Of a stretch of DNA of 64,000 bases, positions 45,942 through 60,462 are shown one piece after another. Source of the stretch: Basidiobolus meristosporus CBS 931.73 (taxonomy: Eukaryota; Fungi; Basidiobolomycota). Within the stretch, counting starts at the first letter, position 1; every line of letters begins with the position of its first letter. Under the pieces are notes generated by a model, which searched no databases, was not told the origin of the DNA, and worked only from the letters and a program-made list of their open reading frames with translations. The stretch spans positions 1 through 64,000 of the forward strand of contig MCFE01000346.1 of the NCBI GenBank assembly GCA_002104905.1, in the 5' to 3' direction. Both the position numbers and the translations under genes were made by a program.

Positions 45942-47251
45942 CTAGAATCTCATAGAATGGGACTTCGTCGGCATGCTTCCATTAACAGCTTGAATATTAT
46001 GGGATGTACCTCCTACGCCAACGTTGGTAGGGACCCCGTGCATTGGCTGACCTTGAATATGTGGGGGCACGCCCATCTGGTTGATACCGGGCGGAGGGCC
46101 AGGAATTACCTGCGGCATGCCTAGCATATTCATAGGGACATTCATCGGCGGCATTCCTAGATGCGTTGGCGCAGCCATAGGTGGGCCAGTCATCACGGGC
46201 ACCAACCCTTCGATGCCCATAGCACCGTTGGCTTGGGCTATGGGGCAGTCTTTGTGCGCCAACAACAAGGTCTTCAAGTTGATGATCTCTTCCCTGAGGC
46301 CGGTTGCTTGATTTTGGAGGGTCTCGTTTTCCTGTGACAAATACTCCACCTGCGCCTGTAGGTTATTGAGCCATTGCTTCTTGCGTTGACGACATTTCGA
46401 AGCAGCTAAAGATTGGGACGAGCATAAGTATTATTCCTGCCGAGGGTAACACTTCCAATCACCCTACCTTGGCGATTCCTCTCCAAAAAACTTTTTCTCT
46501 TCTCATCCGGACTCTCCGCTTTAGGTTTTTTGTCGGGTTTCTTGTCACTACCTAAATCATCATCTTCGGAACCCCCGTCTCCCTCCCCCGAACCGGTACT
46601 GAGAATACTTCTTCTTCGGTTTATTCGCGCCTTGTTTCCGTCTTCGTGCGATTCAGATTCATTCACGCCCCCATTTCCACGAGTAGGTTTTGAGTGGAAT
46701 TGGCTTCCTTTTTCGGGATTATTCTGACGTTGGTTGACTGGCTCTGTAGATCCCACGTAAGAATTCATCGGTCCTTGGTTTTTAACCACTTCATATACAC
46801 CAGTACCAGTGCCACCTTTCTTATCGGAGGCTGTCACGCCAACATTCGATGAATTTAATTGCAAACTTGTAGTTTCAGGTAAATTTCTCAAGAAGTTTGG
46901 CGTAGCATGTGCAGCAGCCCCAAGTAAGGCTGTTGTCATCGGTGAAGGTTGCGCGCTATACGCGCTAAAGCCGTGACGGTTACTAGAAACGGCTGAGCCC
47001 TGAGGCCCTAACAGCATAGATGGTGAAAGTGGCCCTGAACGTAATGATTGAGCACCCCAACTACGCATGTCCGCGGGGGCCTGTGGTGTGTCTATATTGG
47101 CTATTGGGGGAAGAATACTTTTTGAAGCAACAGCGCTAGTCGTAGGGCCTTCTGCTCCAGAGACAGAACTAAAACTCTGCTCAAAAGGATTTGGCTCCTG
47201 GTCCAGCTTTGAGGGGGGGTTCAGAAATTCATCGGGTCCAGTCCGATTCAT
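45942..47251 (-). CDS. ATF1: ATF/CREB bZIP transcription factor, Atf1/AtfA-like
   Basis: SKLDQEPNPFEQSF (OSA), SLRSGPLSPSML.GP (HRA), KRKSFLERNRQ|AASKCRQRKKQWL and leucine zipper; intron ~46408-46469. Confidence 0.88.
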
Positions 47252-47853
47252 ATCTGTATGTGAGAGAGTTGGTCCGTTGGTGGTTATAACGTTTGGGTTA
47301 GTCCTTTTAAAAGGATTGGTTGAAACATCTACATATACAGAAACGTTAGAACCAATTCATTGGAGCCGTGTGGAGACCTCTAAAGCAGCCTTTAGTACCT
47401 TTTTCAACTTGTGACATTTTCGGAAAGTGATTTCGAAGTGTGGCTATTCTCAAAGAAGTATCAAATATAAACTAACTTGTTAGGATGTAGTTTGGTCATG
47501 CCTGATATTCGAAATAAAATGGATCGAGTTAATGGTCGGGTATATGTGGCTGATGAGTAATTAGCCGAAACGAGGTCCATTTCCATACCACACAGTGAAT
47601 GCAACTCAAATTTCGCAAATTAGTTATGACCAGTATATATTCAAGGAAGGGAAATGAAGCGGTGTGAACAAAAGCACAGGGCGCTGAATATGATAGTGCG
47701 TAAAAAAGTATTGTTAGAGAACAAAATAGGGATTTGCAATAAAGCAGTATACCAATAGCACAAACTCAACTTTTGGTAATTCTTAAAGATCAAATATCGG
47801 GTTATAGCTGAACTCAGGCCTAAATTGGTAATGGACAGATTGGAGATATGAAA

Positions 47854-47860
47854 ATGACGT
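47854..47860. promoter_or_regulatory. ATGACGT (CRE/M26-type) site
   Basis: Exact heptamer ~600 bp upstream of the Atf1-like start. Confidence 0.35.
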
Positions 47861-48239
47861 CTACTTGCCAGTATTTTAATATACTCTCTGCACCATAATT
47901 GTAAGTGAGGGGTTCATAGGCAAGAGTGCTGAGGAATACTTAAAATAAACACAAAATCTCGATTGAATTTCCATTCATTATTCACGAGAACTATGTGACA
48001 TCTCAGCTCCCATAGCATGATGAAACCAATCATAGGTAGTATGATGTAATGGAATAGGGACTTTGGTATTGTTGATTGGATGTGCCTCCAAACAGTCCGG
48101 TAATATTGAGAAGAAGCAGAGAAGCCCACCAAGCGAGAGCATCTACTAGTACTTCACCAGTTCATTCTAAATCCCGTAAACACGATAATCATGAAACATG
48201 ATTTTCATCTGTATAACGTGATACAGAATCCATCCACAC

Positions 48240-48248
48240 ATGACGTCA
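48240..48248. promoter_or_regulatory. ATGACGTCA, full CRE palindrome
   Basis: Exact match in the divergent ATF1/CIA1 intergenic region. Confidence 0.4.
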
Positions 48249-48695
48249 GTATTTTCAGGTGGTTCTAGAAATCTAGATTAAGTCATTCCAGTATAGAGTG
48301 TTACATTGGGAAGAATCGATGATTAACTTCATCGATCGATCATCATTTCTCAGAAGGTAAGAACTAGAGTTAGAATTGAATTAGACTATTTATTAGAAAA
48401 ACCGAAGTTCCTTATCTGATGATCAGATTTCTTAATCAAGCATTTACACTTATTACTAAGTAGTGGCAATGTTGGTTGGTTTTTGTTAATCTGATAATCG
48501 TTATACAGATCAGTTCAAAAGCTCCTATAGTCGTTATCTGATGCCATTGTAGATGTAAAAAAATTCGAGAAGGAGCAACTTGGGGAACTGATTGAACGCG
48601 ATTTAATTGTACTTCTAGGGAGTTTACTTGTACTTGCTTGACACTTGTTGTTTTCGAAGTTTACATCAACCTAACTTAATTTCTCTGAGGAAAGC

Positions 48696-50137
48696 ATGCC
48701 AAGACTGGAGTTGATAGCTGAATTAGAGGGTAAACAAAGCAAGCCTCTGCAACGGTGTGCAATAAAAAAGAAGCTTTTCTGACTCGCCTTCTATCTTATG
48801 AAAAGGTCATGAGGATCGTGTTTGGCAAGTTTCTTGGGATCCTAGCGGAACTCAATTAGCTTCCTGCAGCGGAGACAAAACTGTCAGGTTATGGGTGCCT
48901 GATGAGCATAACCCAGGAAAGGCTAGCTGGAACTGCGTAGGGCTACTTGAAGGGTTTCATGAGCGTACTATTCGAAGTGTTCAATATTCTCCTTCTGGGC
49001 AAGTCTTAGCCACCGGGAGCTTTGATGGCACTACTGGCATATGGGATAAGAGCGAAAGTATAGGTAGAATAGCTCGAAAAAACCCTCTCGTTGGTTTTCA
49101 GATACCTGACTTTTCCTAACCTCCACTTTTAATAGAATTTGATTGCGTAGCTACACTAGAAGGGCATGAAAACGAAGTCAAAAGCGTCGCTTGGTCCGCC
49201 ACTGGATCTTTGATTGCTACCTGCAGCAGGGACAAAAGTGTTTGGATTTGGGAAGGTTGGTTGTCGTAGCAATGACTTTGTTACGGACGGTAGCTCATTT
49301 GCATTCAAGCTGCATCCTACGACGATTTTGAATGCTTAGCCGTACTACAAGAACACACCCAGGATGTCAAAACCGTTAAGTGGCACCCTAATGAAGAGGT
49401 AGCTTAAGAGTGGATATGCTACATCAGAACCATGGTTAGCCTAAAATTGGCTATTTAGATTTTGGCTTCCGCCGGTTATGATGATACAATCAAGATATGG
49501 GAAGAGCAGGACGACGATTGGTACTGCACAGCCACTTTGGAGGGCCACAAGTCCACTGTATGGGCAGTAGATTTTGACTCGAGAGGGGATCGACTTGGTA
49601 AGGTCAAATCTAACCTGAACATGAGCCACTGTGCTAATATGGTTGTGCAGTTTCTGCTAGTGATGACAAAACCTTGAAAATCTGGAAACACGAGAAAGTC
49701 CCCAAAGTGCATAGTGAGTTTCAGTTTAATTTATCTCATACCAGTTGATCCTAATCACATGGGTTAGGCTTCAATCCTTCTTCTTGGAGATGCGTGACTA
49801 CCTTGGAAGGATACCACAAGCGAGCCATTTATAGTGTCTCTTGGTCCAAGCACCATGGTCATTTAGTAAGTGGAGGCGATGATAATGCCGTACGTATATT
49901 TGCCGAGGTAATATCCATTTTAAACTCCTTAGAAATACGTACCTGCAGCTGATGCCTTCCATATAGACGTCGCCAGAAGATGCAGAGAATCAATTTGAGG
50001 TGGTTGCAACCGTTGAGGGTGCCCATGGAGTTCATGATGTAAATTCGGTGGTCTGGAACCCCAACGAAGAGTTTGGATATATCTTTGCTAGTGGCGGTGA
50101 TGATGGAGTTGTCCGCGTGTGGCAGTATATTCCATAA
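48696..50137 (+). CDS. CIA1: Cytosolic Fe-S assembly WD40 protein Cia1/CIAO1; multi-exon
   Basis: [81 protein letters not shown]. Confidence 0.93.
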
Positions 50138-50693
50138 TTTAGATGTAAACATAGTAGGACTCTCATGATTGGAGCTACTCTATATTCCCTGTTTAATTGT
50201 TCTTCTCGTTGGACAATCAAGCCACTTGTTAAAGTGCTACTCTCCAACTTCCCAATATGTAATCACATCATTAAATCAGACCTTAGCGTCTATGACAGTC
50301 ATAACTCAGGCGGATAAAGGCAGTCCGAGGGTGAGGGGACGGGGTAGGTTGACCCGTCGTCCATAGTGGAGTGATGTGATGAGAATTGGCATATTATGGA
50401 CCAGATCCCTCAATTCATGCAGGTTGGACTGAATTCACGTGAATCTATGAGCAGTCCTCGTAAACGTGTACATATTATAGTTAGCCAATATAATCCAGGT
50501 GATACAAGATTGTAAGAACTACAACCAACGTCCATTTAATCCATTATAATACAAATACCGAAATTTGTTCCCAAGCCAAAATGTACCAAATCATTTATGA
50601 TGACAAAGCTGAACTCCTAGAAAGCGCCACGAATATATATCTCAGTCACATCGATTTCCCCCTTGTTGGTTTGTTCTATAGCTGCCTTTTTCA

Positions 50694-53147
50694 ATGTCGC
50701 TACTAGCTTTACGCTCCTTTGGCAATCTCCTACAGGCCAGAAAAACTGGTCTACGGTGAGTGCTTTATATGTTACTTACTCTTGAATACAGCCATTCATG
50801 TGAGTCTATTTCATCTTCGTTTGGTAGTGTTGTATATCCTGCGTACCGCACTTTTGTTTCCAAGAAGGCTGGTGTCACTTTTCAAAACCAAGATAACCTA
50901 CCAAAATTGCCGGTACCAGAGCTACATGATACAGCCGATAGGTACTTGAGAAGCCTAGAGCCAGTGCTGCGGAATAGCGAGGAGTTTGAGAGGGCTGCCC
51001 AAGCGGTGAGCACGTTTATAAAGCCAAACGGCTTAGGAGAGACGTTACAAAACCGTCTCCTTAACCTTCAAAAAAATGCGGAGGTATGCAGTATTTCTTT
51101 GCCAAGCATTTACTTGAAAACCTGTTGATTGGAAGGATCTTCTGATTAGCTTTCATGGTTGGAAGATATCTGGGTTAACAAAGCCTATTTGGAGTATCGG
51201 GAGCCAGTTCTCCTTAATGTCAACTGGTGGTGTACTTTCAGCAACCCACCCCAAGGACTTGTTGAGGCGAAGAAAGGGAGCTTTTCTGAGGCTCAAATTA
51301 AGAGAGCTTCTAGCTTCGTTAGACGAGTTCTAGAGTTCAGTGATTTAGTCAACAGGTATTGATTGTTTAGCCTTGCATTTGTTGGAGTTTATGAATACTA
51401 AAATACTGCTAGGCAGGAACTACCTGTGGATCAACTCCGCAAGGCTCCATTATGCATGAATCAGTACAAAAGAATCTTTGGAACGGCCAGAATTGCAGAC
51501 ACTACTCGTGATAGACTGGCATACAACTATCCTGCTACAGCAAAGCATGTCATCGTTATGGCCAAGGATCAGTTTTTCAAAGTCAACGTCCTTGGAGAGA
51601 ATGGCCAATTAGCTTCAACGAAGCAAATTCAACAGTAACTACTATTTATCTTAGCACACCAATGCTTATTGTCTGATGATTCCAATTGTCTAGCCAACTC
51701 TCCGAAGTTGTCAAGCTCGTTTCAGACCTAGCCGAGACACAACCATCAGTCGGAATACTGACTTCTGAGCATCGAGATGTGTGGGGCAAGGTAAAGAAAG
51801 ATGTGGGGCAGTTGATCTGACCGTTGCTAAATGTAATCCTGCAGATTCGAAATGACCTCGCCGCTTTACCGGGAAATGCCCAAACTTTCAAGGACATCGA
51901 CGAAGCCTTGTTTGTAGTGTGCCTGGATGATATCGGCCCAGATGGCGACCCAGATCATGCTCACCGTCATATTTTCCATCGAGATGATGCGAAGAATCGG
52001 TGGTTTGATAAGCCACTGCAATTTATTGTTGCAAATAACGGAGTTGCTGGTGTGAACGGCGAGGTAAGTGGTGTTAAAGGGAGTTCTGCTTATTTGTTAG
52101 ATCCAACTTATACTTTCCATACGCCTCTAGCACTCGCCTGTTGATGCCGTTGTCCCTGGCGCTGTTTTCAATTACATCGTGTCCAAGTAAGAGTTCGAGT
52201 GGTTTTTGGGACGGATCCACCCCCTTACACAGTGCATTAGGGAAAATGAGAAGGAAGAGGCCGAGTCCTTGATACAACTCGCCCCTCCTGTGCAACTTAA
52301 ATGGTCAGTCACTGGAGAGGTAACTGACGCGATCAAGACAGCCGAATCCAATGCCAAGAAATTCATCAAGACTATCCAAAGCTTGTGCCTTCATTACAAC
52401 GGGTATGGCTCCGATTTCATTAAAAAGGGTAAGAGTTCAGTTTAGGAATGTGATCATGTTCATCAATATTCAGCGTGATTACCCAGTCAAAGTAAGCCCA
52501 GATGCATTCGTTCAGATGGCACTCCAGCTGGCATATTACAGACAATATGGTGAAAGTTGCCCTACCTACGAGACAGCCTCGACACGCGCATTTGCATATG
52601 GTCGAACTGAGACGGTTCGCGTATGCTCTTCAGACAGCGTAGCCTTTGTGGAGGCATTTGATGATAACTCTGTAGAAGTATGCAATTGTACTTTGCATTC
52701 TTTGAGATCAATCTCTAATATTTGTTGTTGAAGGATCGCGAGAAGTTGATATTGTTCAAGAAGGCCATTGAATCACACCTGGAGTATATGGGGGCGGCAA
52801 GCAGCGGTAAAGGTGTTGATAGACATCTCCTGGGGCTTCGGTCGGTAATTGAGACAGATGCGGAGCGCGAAAAGGCTACTATTTTCTCGGACCCATCTTA
52901 TATCAAGTCCATGTATTTCAAACTCTCCACTTCAAACATGAGCCCAGGTGACCACTTTTACGGTGGTTTCGGTCCAGTAGTCCCTGAGGGATATGGAGTG
53001 AACTATGCTATTGGTAAAAATAACATGAAATTCAGCATCTCTAGCTGGAGAACCTGTAAAGAGACGGACAGTGATATCTTCCGAGATACCTTGAATAAGT
53101 CCTTGAACGATTTGCGCGAAGCTGCAGATAAATTTGTCCAGTCCTAA
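50694..53147 (+). CDS. Carnitine O-acyltransferase (Cat2/CrAT family), mitochondrial presequence, multi-exon
   Basis: [19 protein letters not shown]...AYLEYR.P, NRWFDK.LQ, NGEHSPVDA (catalytic His, spliced), [24 protein letters not shown]. Confidence 0.93.
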
Positions 53148-53440
53148 ATTGAGTGGACTATCATTCTATTGTTACATATCCAGCTGTCAGGGGGCTTAAA
53201 GAGTCCTCGTGCCTGTTCTTTCCATGTCCGCGGCATTCGTGCTATTAAATTCTTTCAAGCGATATGCTTCACATCACCACCTAACATGTCAAAGGACCAA
53301 CTATTTCTTGCTGGTTGTATCAAGCTGTGCGGCGTGCTTTGAGGATCTATTTATTGTACACCAAATGTAAAAATGGAAGGTATATGTAGAAGCGATGATG
53401 CATGGATATGAAACAAGTTGTAGTGAATAGGGTGGACTGG

Positions 53441-54499
53441 TTATTGGGCAGCAATAACTCTGTCGCGCCCAGCTAAATCAGCCCAGACTTGCACCGACTC
53501 AAAATTATGAGCCTTCAAAAAGGCAACCATCGGCTCAACCTGGTGTTCCCCTCCGATTTCCATGGCTAGCCTTGGGATTGATGGGATCTTGATTTTGGAT
53601 GAGAGCTGACCAGACAGCGACGCCAAACGCTTGTGGAATAGCATTCCGTCATCATCTGCAACTAGGGCGTTAGGATCTTCCCAGAGCTTGACCTCGGGCG
53701 AGAGAGTTCTGTACTCGTCTCGAGTGATGTATGGGGGATTTGAAACAATCATGTCGTATGCTCCATCTTGAACAATCCTTGCCAACGAAGACTCGTCGAG
53801 AATATCCATAAGTTGGAATTTAACTGGGTTGCTTAGTTTTTCTGATAAAAGGTCTTTGTTTAATTGTGAAAGCGAGATTGCATGCTGAGCGTTATCCAAC
53901 CCCACCACCTCGCAGGTATCGCTGGGTAGCATGGCAGCAAATGTTAATGCAATACATCCAGAGCCGGAGCACACGTCCAATATTCGGAGCTTCCGTTGGT
54001 AGTGAGCCTTGAATTTGCTGATGTTCGCGTTTAAATTGTCCACAATTTTCAGTGTCCATTCTTCTGTCTCCCACCTAGAGAGCAGAATTTTGAGTTATCG
54101 TGAAGGAACACACAACCGCGAGGGAGAAACTAACCTAGGTATAAGAACCGGAGGCCTTGTGACAATGTCCAGCTCACCAAACGGCTGAGTCCCTAGGATG
54201 ACAGCCATTAAACACACAGCCTATCGCAGGAAAAGAAATCCACAAGTACCTAGTATGTATTGCAAAGGTTTGCGCAAATTAACTCTTTGGGCCACGAGTT
54301 CCTCTAATTTTTCATTCTCCTTCTGCTCCAATTCACTTTTAGGAAGGTTGACTAATTGGGCATTGCTTCGCAGGTCCAACTTGACATATTCTGAAAGCCA
54401 ACGAATCTCTTGCAGCGCATTGTCAAGGTTGTCGTCGCATATGGGTAGCAAACGTTTGGCCAGTTGTACCCGGAAGGGTAAACTTATGTTTAACTTCAT
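53441..54499 (-). CDS. PrmC/HemK release-factor glutamine methyltransferase (Mtq1-like); multi-exon
   Basis: PLQYILG|TQPFG.LDI..RPPVLIPRWETEEW, ILDVCSGSGCIAL, MIVSNPPYI. Confidence 0.92.
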
Positions 54500-54969
54500 A
54501 AAGGATGTCTCTGTTCGAGTCAGGAAAGCTTAATACTGTTGTATATAAGCGAATTTATTCCGCAATTCAGTTGTTCCACCAATGACACGTGAATATAACG
54601 TTTGGAGTTTTTAATCTACAGACAGCAGTGAGGAAGGAATAGATCAGAAGATCCCAGTCTAGCCTGATGATAGATGATGGGATTGCTAGCTAGCGACTGT
54701 GACTAATCGATTTCATGACTATTTGCTTCTGTTTGAGTTGGGCAGGGGATTTTGTTTGTTTACTTTATCCTTTAATTCCACTGATGTTATTTTGAGAGCT
54801 CATATAGCCAGGGAATTTTCATTGGCACTTTTTTCACGTACCGGTTGTGACGTTTACTACGAGGTGCAAGAGAAAAAACACACTTCTCATTACTCCACTC
54901 GGCTTACTCCTTTTCAAACTTCTCTTGTCCTCCAGTTAAGAAGCTGACTGTTGATACCGGCCCCTTTAA

Positions 54970-57900
54970 ATGAGCCATACTATGACTCAAGAGATTCCCT
55001 CGGAAAGCAAGAATCGCAAACATGTTATGTTTAGTAGTGAATGTCTAGGTCCCGCGACCTCAACCCCAGACTCCTCCAGACCGAGGAAAACGAAGGGTAT
55101 ACTTAAAACTCCTTCCAAGCCAACCGAGCAGGAATTGAAGGAACTAGACGAAATGCAGTCACAAAGTGCGCTCTCTGATTTTGTCACTCCCGCTCTAGAA
55201 GCTCTAAAAAAGGGGGACAGTAACGATTGCGTGGACGCATACATAACAATACATAACAAATTTCGCCTTAAAGATGAGAATCAGCAGCTACGCAAAGTCG
55301 AGGCAAACATTAATGAGTTCGTTGCTGTATTTAAAAGAGATATCGGCAATTCACCTGACGTGAATGTGTACGTGTGAAATCAACCACTCCTACTAGCATT
55401 GAGTTCCCATGTAGTAATATCTCCGTGCTTTTTAGAACGCATGCTGCACTTCGGTGCTTGGGCTTCTTTTTGTATCACCCGGTCATCGTATCATTGTTCT
55501 CACGTAAGGCCAAGAACGTTTTACGTATATATTTCGTCAGACTAGCGCTAATACTTGCTCTTGTAGCAACTGAGTTGTGTGACTTACTGAAGATTCTAGT
55601 ATCCAAAATCTACACTTCGCAAGACAAGGTAGCGACTTGCTTCATATGTGTCTTGTGATTCCCAACCTGATCTTTTCTCCCAAGATCGTATGTAACCTTT
55701 CAGTATGGTGCATAGCGGTTCAGAGGATGGCACCTACCGTTATTGCGCCGATGGCTTCTACATTGGTAGACGCAGTGGTTTTTGCAAGTGGCTCTACTCA
55801 TAAATCCGTGACCATCCAGAACGAAGCACTTACGGTAATCAGCACTTGCACTTTTCCTTCAATCCCTGGTCACTGAAACACCCTGTTGGAAGGCATTGGA
55901 TGTTATTTTCAAGCAAGTCCCCTATGCTGCATCTTCAGAGGCCCGATCCTGGCTCCTGCCAGTTATCAACTACTCCATCAATTCGATACCTGGGCTGAGA
56001 GCCAAAGCACTTCAAGTCATCCAAACGTCGTTGATAGATCTGATAAAGCACCACGATAAAATCGGCACTATTTTAGATGTAAGATTGGCGCTGCGTCTAT
56101 CCAATCCACAACAAACTCTCATAATACCCCATCCTTGCAACAGGAGTTTATGAATACACATTTCTCCGATTTTGTTCTGAATCTGAACGAGCTACTCGGC
56201 TCAAACGAAGGTAACAAAAAAGTCGTTATCTCAAGAACTGATCAATGCCAACGTTCAACTTTCGCGTTTGCTGTAGAAATCTATGTGATTCAAGTATGGG
56301 GCGCTGTGGTTGCTTTTCTCGGCAGGAAGCTTCACCGAACCACGGTCCTCAACTCCTTATTGAAAGTCATGGAGGTAATTTCGGTGATTGTTTTAACAAG
56401 TGCAGGATTTGTTACTAATGCCAGTGAACCGATAGAAATGCTTCAACACGAAAAAAGCTGAAGTCAGATATGCAGCCTTTCAAAGTTGGAAGTAATATAT
56501 GTTCTAGCTCGTTCAACAATCGCCACTCGTTAACTTACTCGATGCCTTAGGTACCTCATATACAACTTTTCTCTGAATGGTCACCTGTTCCATGATAAAC
56601 GCATCAAACTTATCATGGTGCCATTACTCAATTGGTTCGTAGAGGTCAATTCGTGGAAGTAGCCCGGCGATTGTACCTAATCTCCATCTCCAACTCCAGT
56701 TTTAACTACGAAAAAAACAAGAACGTTAAGCTGTCTTGCTTGAAAACCTGGATCGGGCTTGTGTATATATTCGGCGACTCCTTAACAAAGGTACGGTGCT
56801 GATATGCTGAAATCCAGTTGAGAGTCTCTACTCACCATTACCATCGGTGAACCTAGTATTTTGATAAGGTGTTTGTGCCTGTGATCAAATTCACTTTGTC
56901 CGACGATGCTGAGGATATTCGTCAGTTAGGATTCAGTATTGTTGATAGCCTTCTAAGCTGGGAAGGGAGAGGTGACATTTTTACAGTGGACTGATGGTGA
57001 GGTGTGCCATTCAACTCATCCCTTATACTAGCTCCGAATGTCGCCCTGCCTGACTCACTCAGCTTCATACAGCTCGAGAATATCACCCCAGACATGATCA
57101 GCAGAAAAGATCCAAAATGGATTCGGTTAAATGTCAGGCATTTTCTAGATATGTTGTTGGTGGGGCTCAGTAACCAAGCCAAATGGACCCATTCGGCTGA
57201 GTGGGTTGAAAGCTCGTTGACGGAGAAACATATTCTAGTGGTAATGTTGACCTTTCGTACCTGCAACCCGGAAGGCATCCTAATCGATCGCCACAGAAAC
57301 CGATCAACAATGTTTGGATACATCTGTTACACATCATGGAGATTTTGCTTCAAAAAGGTATGCCCTCTGATTTCCTGTTGAACTTGTAGAATGCCTAACT
57401 CATGCACATATCAGAGGTCAATCCATCCACCGAAGGCATTCAGAGTGTTCATCAATCGCTCCACTTCATTTCGCAAGTATCAGGGATAGAAGGCTCGATA
57501 TTGACCTCTTCCTCAGCAATGGATACAGGTTACATACATTTCCACCATTTTTCATAGATTGGTAAAGTTAAACGTTCAATGTAGATCAAACCAACCTTGA
57601 GGATCAGAAACTTGAGCTTGTGTACTATATGATCAAAGGATTACTGCAATCACTTACCCCCCGCACTTTGGTTTTGACCAAGTATCGAATGAATGAGGAG
57701 GAAAGAAAGCTGTCAGTTGCTATATCGGAAAATGCATCACTTAACCTGGGTGATAAAATGCGGAAGCAGCTATCAATTAACATGGTGGTTACTCCTATCG
57801 GTAATTATGGAATATCATCCTACATCTGGAGCTATTGCTTATTGTTTTCTATCCTTACTAGTGTACATCGCCAAAATATGGATGGACATCTTTAGTCGTA

Positions 57901-60462
57901 CACTGAGCCCTCCGATAGCCAAAACCTATTGGGAGATGTACGGGCATTTTATCGAGATTTCCCAGAATGGACCCGCAGTTCTGGATGTATTTTCCTCATT
58001 TTTTGGGCTGCTATCGTTGTCCAGTTCAAATGAGGATGCGTTAACTGCGTGGTCATATATTGGTAAATGCGGATTTGTCTTCAATGATTGTTCAAGCCAG
58101 TAGTAATCATGTTTTCCAGTGAAGGGACTATGCTACCATATTGACGAATCCAATACAATTTCTGAGGATCTCAATCCTTTTGCCGATGATAGCCACGAGG
58201 TTATCTACGAGGCATTTATGTTTCCTATTCGGTACGTTGCATTCCATTCAGCATCGATACTTCCTCTTAATAAGATTGTTTGTAGCATCGCATGCAAAAG
58301 CCCTGTGTACTTGAAGGAAGAGTACGTCACGCTATGGAAAGAGCTATTTGACTGCTATCATCGTGTCATAGAGAGCAAATCTGCAGACAAAGTCTTTTAC
58401 ATCCACCAACTTATCTCACAACTTTGGTTGCAAATGGAGGATTCAGATTCGTTTGGGTATATTTCTTTTTTGGCATTCCGTTGGAAACAGCCATTCACAT
58501 GAATATATGGTATTGTGATATTTCCAGGATGGTGGCGTTGTATGTAGAGATCACCCGGCATTTTCTGGACACGTTAAGCTTCGAAAGCGGGACCATGACC
58601 AACATGCTTCCTGGCGTGCAACTCTTCCGGAAAACAATCCCCGACAACCAGCACTCGGCCAAAGAATTAAGGTTTTTCAAAGCAGTATACTTTTAAGTCG
58701 GATAATCAGTTATTGACTCAATATTCTGGTCAGTCCTTCTCAAATTCTTGGAATTATTTGCGGCATTTTGTTCCAGAAACTCTACGACTCGCTCGATCTG
58801 ACCCTCCCCGAGCCTTACCATATTGTTACGCTAACCGAAGGCCTATTCTCCTCAATTACAAGCGCCATCAACAAAGCCAGTAGAGGCGGCTACATTACAG
58901 TAATAGATTATCTGACTCTAGGGTTTAGCAAATGGCTTCAAGATGAGGATGGTCATATTCTAAGCCAGTGCCCTGAGAACCAACAAAGCTACTATAAGAT
59001 GGTTCGCATCGATTCCGTGTCGTATATCATCCGCCACCTGATACTAATTCTTGCCGTATTAGGTCGATGTTCTGTGGGGTGCTGTCTTGGAGCGTGTCAA
59101 CAGTTTACCGGACCTAACCACGCAAGATGCGCTTTTTCATCTGTCAACTTTGCTCATTGCTGGTGCCAATAGTAGCCGTGAGCAAATTAAAATCACATCT
59201 GCGCAATATCTGAAAAAATTCCTTGAGCAATGTTCCCCGGACGATGTTCCTCTCTCGTTACAGCCACTCCTGCGATCTAATGTTGGTATATGGTATTGTC
59301 GAAAATCCAGCAGTTGAAACTAACAAATTCAATATGATAGTGTCTCGATGGAGCAAACGAGAATGGAAAGGTAAGTTTTAGCTATATTTGATCGATCATA
59401 CTCGAAGGAATGCTTATCCGTCGTTTTCTACTCAGCGCGATATTATTTGTGAGCGAGTTGAATTCAGAAGGGAAGTCACTCCAGAAAGCCCGGCTATACG
59501 CCCTAAACCACGGACTCCCAAGAAGAAACTTGGTTAGTATATATTCTGTTGACTACTATCACTCAATACTAACTATTTACAGCCTCCCCAGCGGCGATTG
59601 CTGAGTACAATGAGCTAGAGGGCACGCCTTCGCATGGTGCGCGGGTTCAGGTCAACCAGACGGAGGTAATGTACGGCACGTTATACTAGACACATTTTTC
59701 CATGCTGAGCTTGTCCATCACAGCAATTTCGAAGGGACTCTCAGAAATTAAATCAAGGGAAATATTCAGCAGTCAAAGACGCACTCTTAGCAATCCCAGA
59801 TGGCATTGGCAGCAGAACACCTGTTTATTGGAAAGGTATATAGTGTGTGGGATAAAATACTGGACGCATGTTTCTCATCAACTAGAACTTTTCTGAACCA
59901 GGAAAACGCAAAGCCTCCACTCCTTTCAAAAGCCCAACTATGAACACCCCATGCATTCAAGTGCAATCGACTTCTGCAGGAAGCTCACAGTCAAATGCAG
60001 GTAAATAGAATGATTCGGGGCAGCCCATAAAATATTCAAAACTGAAGCTTGAAAATTAGACGATGAGCCAGAAACCCCCACCAAGCGTCTGAGATGTGTA
60101 AAAATTAGCGCTGATACTCCTGCGAACCTGGAAAATACGGTAAATATGGTTGGATCTCTTTTCTAAGCCTCACCTGTATTTACAAGACCAATCTGCAGTC
60201 ACCCACACTCAGAGATCAGAGTCCTAAACCAACTCTACTACCCCCGCCGAAGTTCGATCTGCGTGAGTTGAGCGCGTTGCGTCATGCTGATGACAACGAA
60301 GTCGAGAGGCTCTTGGGATATATCAACGAGCTCCTGGAATCCAGAGATTTACTTGAAGAGACTTCCCCAAGGTCAGTTGGCCGAGCTCCTTTGTGGAGAG
60401 TATCCGAACTAACCAGAGCCTCCAATGATTTAGCACACTTGCTCAGCTGCACACCAAACTAA
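54970..60462 (+). CDS. RIF1: Rif1 (replication timing/telomere regulator, PP1-targeting); many exons
   Basis: N-terminal KHVMF (RVxF) and KGILK; HEAT-like blocks AALRCLGFFL, A.SVWCI..Q, VWGAVVAFLG, FN......R..AF..W..L, W.HSA; long helical region. Confidence 0.8.

Noticed and set aside
20398-53147. Acyl-CoA oxidase plus carnitine acyltransferase as a beta-oxidation cluster
   Set aside because: 28 kb apart with many unrelated housekeeping genes in between
53130-53200. Cryptic PTS1 by stop read-through in the carnitine acyltransferase
   Set aside because: Stop is TAA in a non-leaky context, and the extension does not end in an SKL-like tripeptide
43526-60462. Tcg1-like plus Rif1 as a telomere-function cluster
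   Set aside because: Separated by unrelated genes, and one is apparently broken; likely chance
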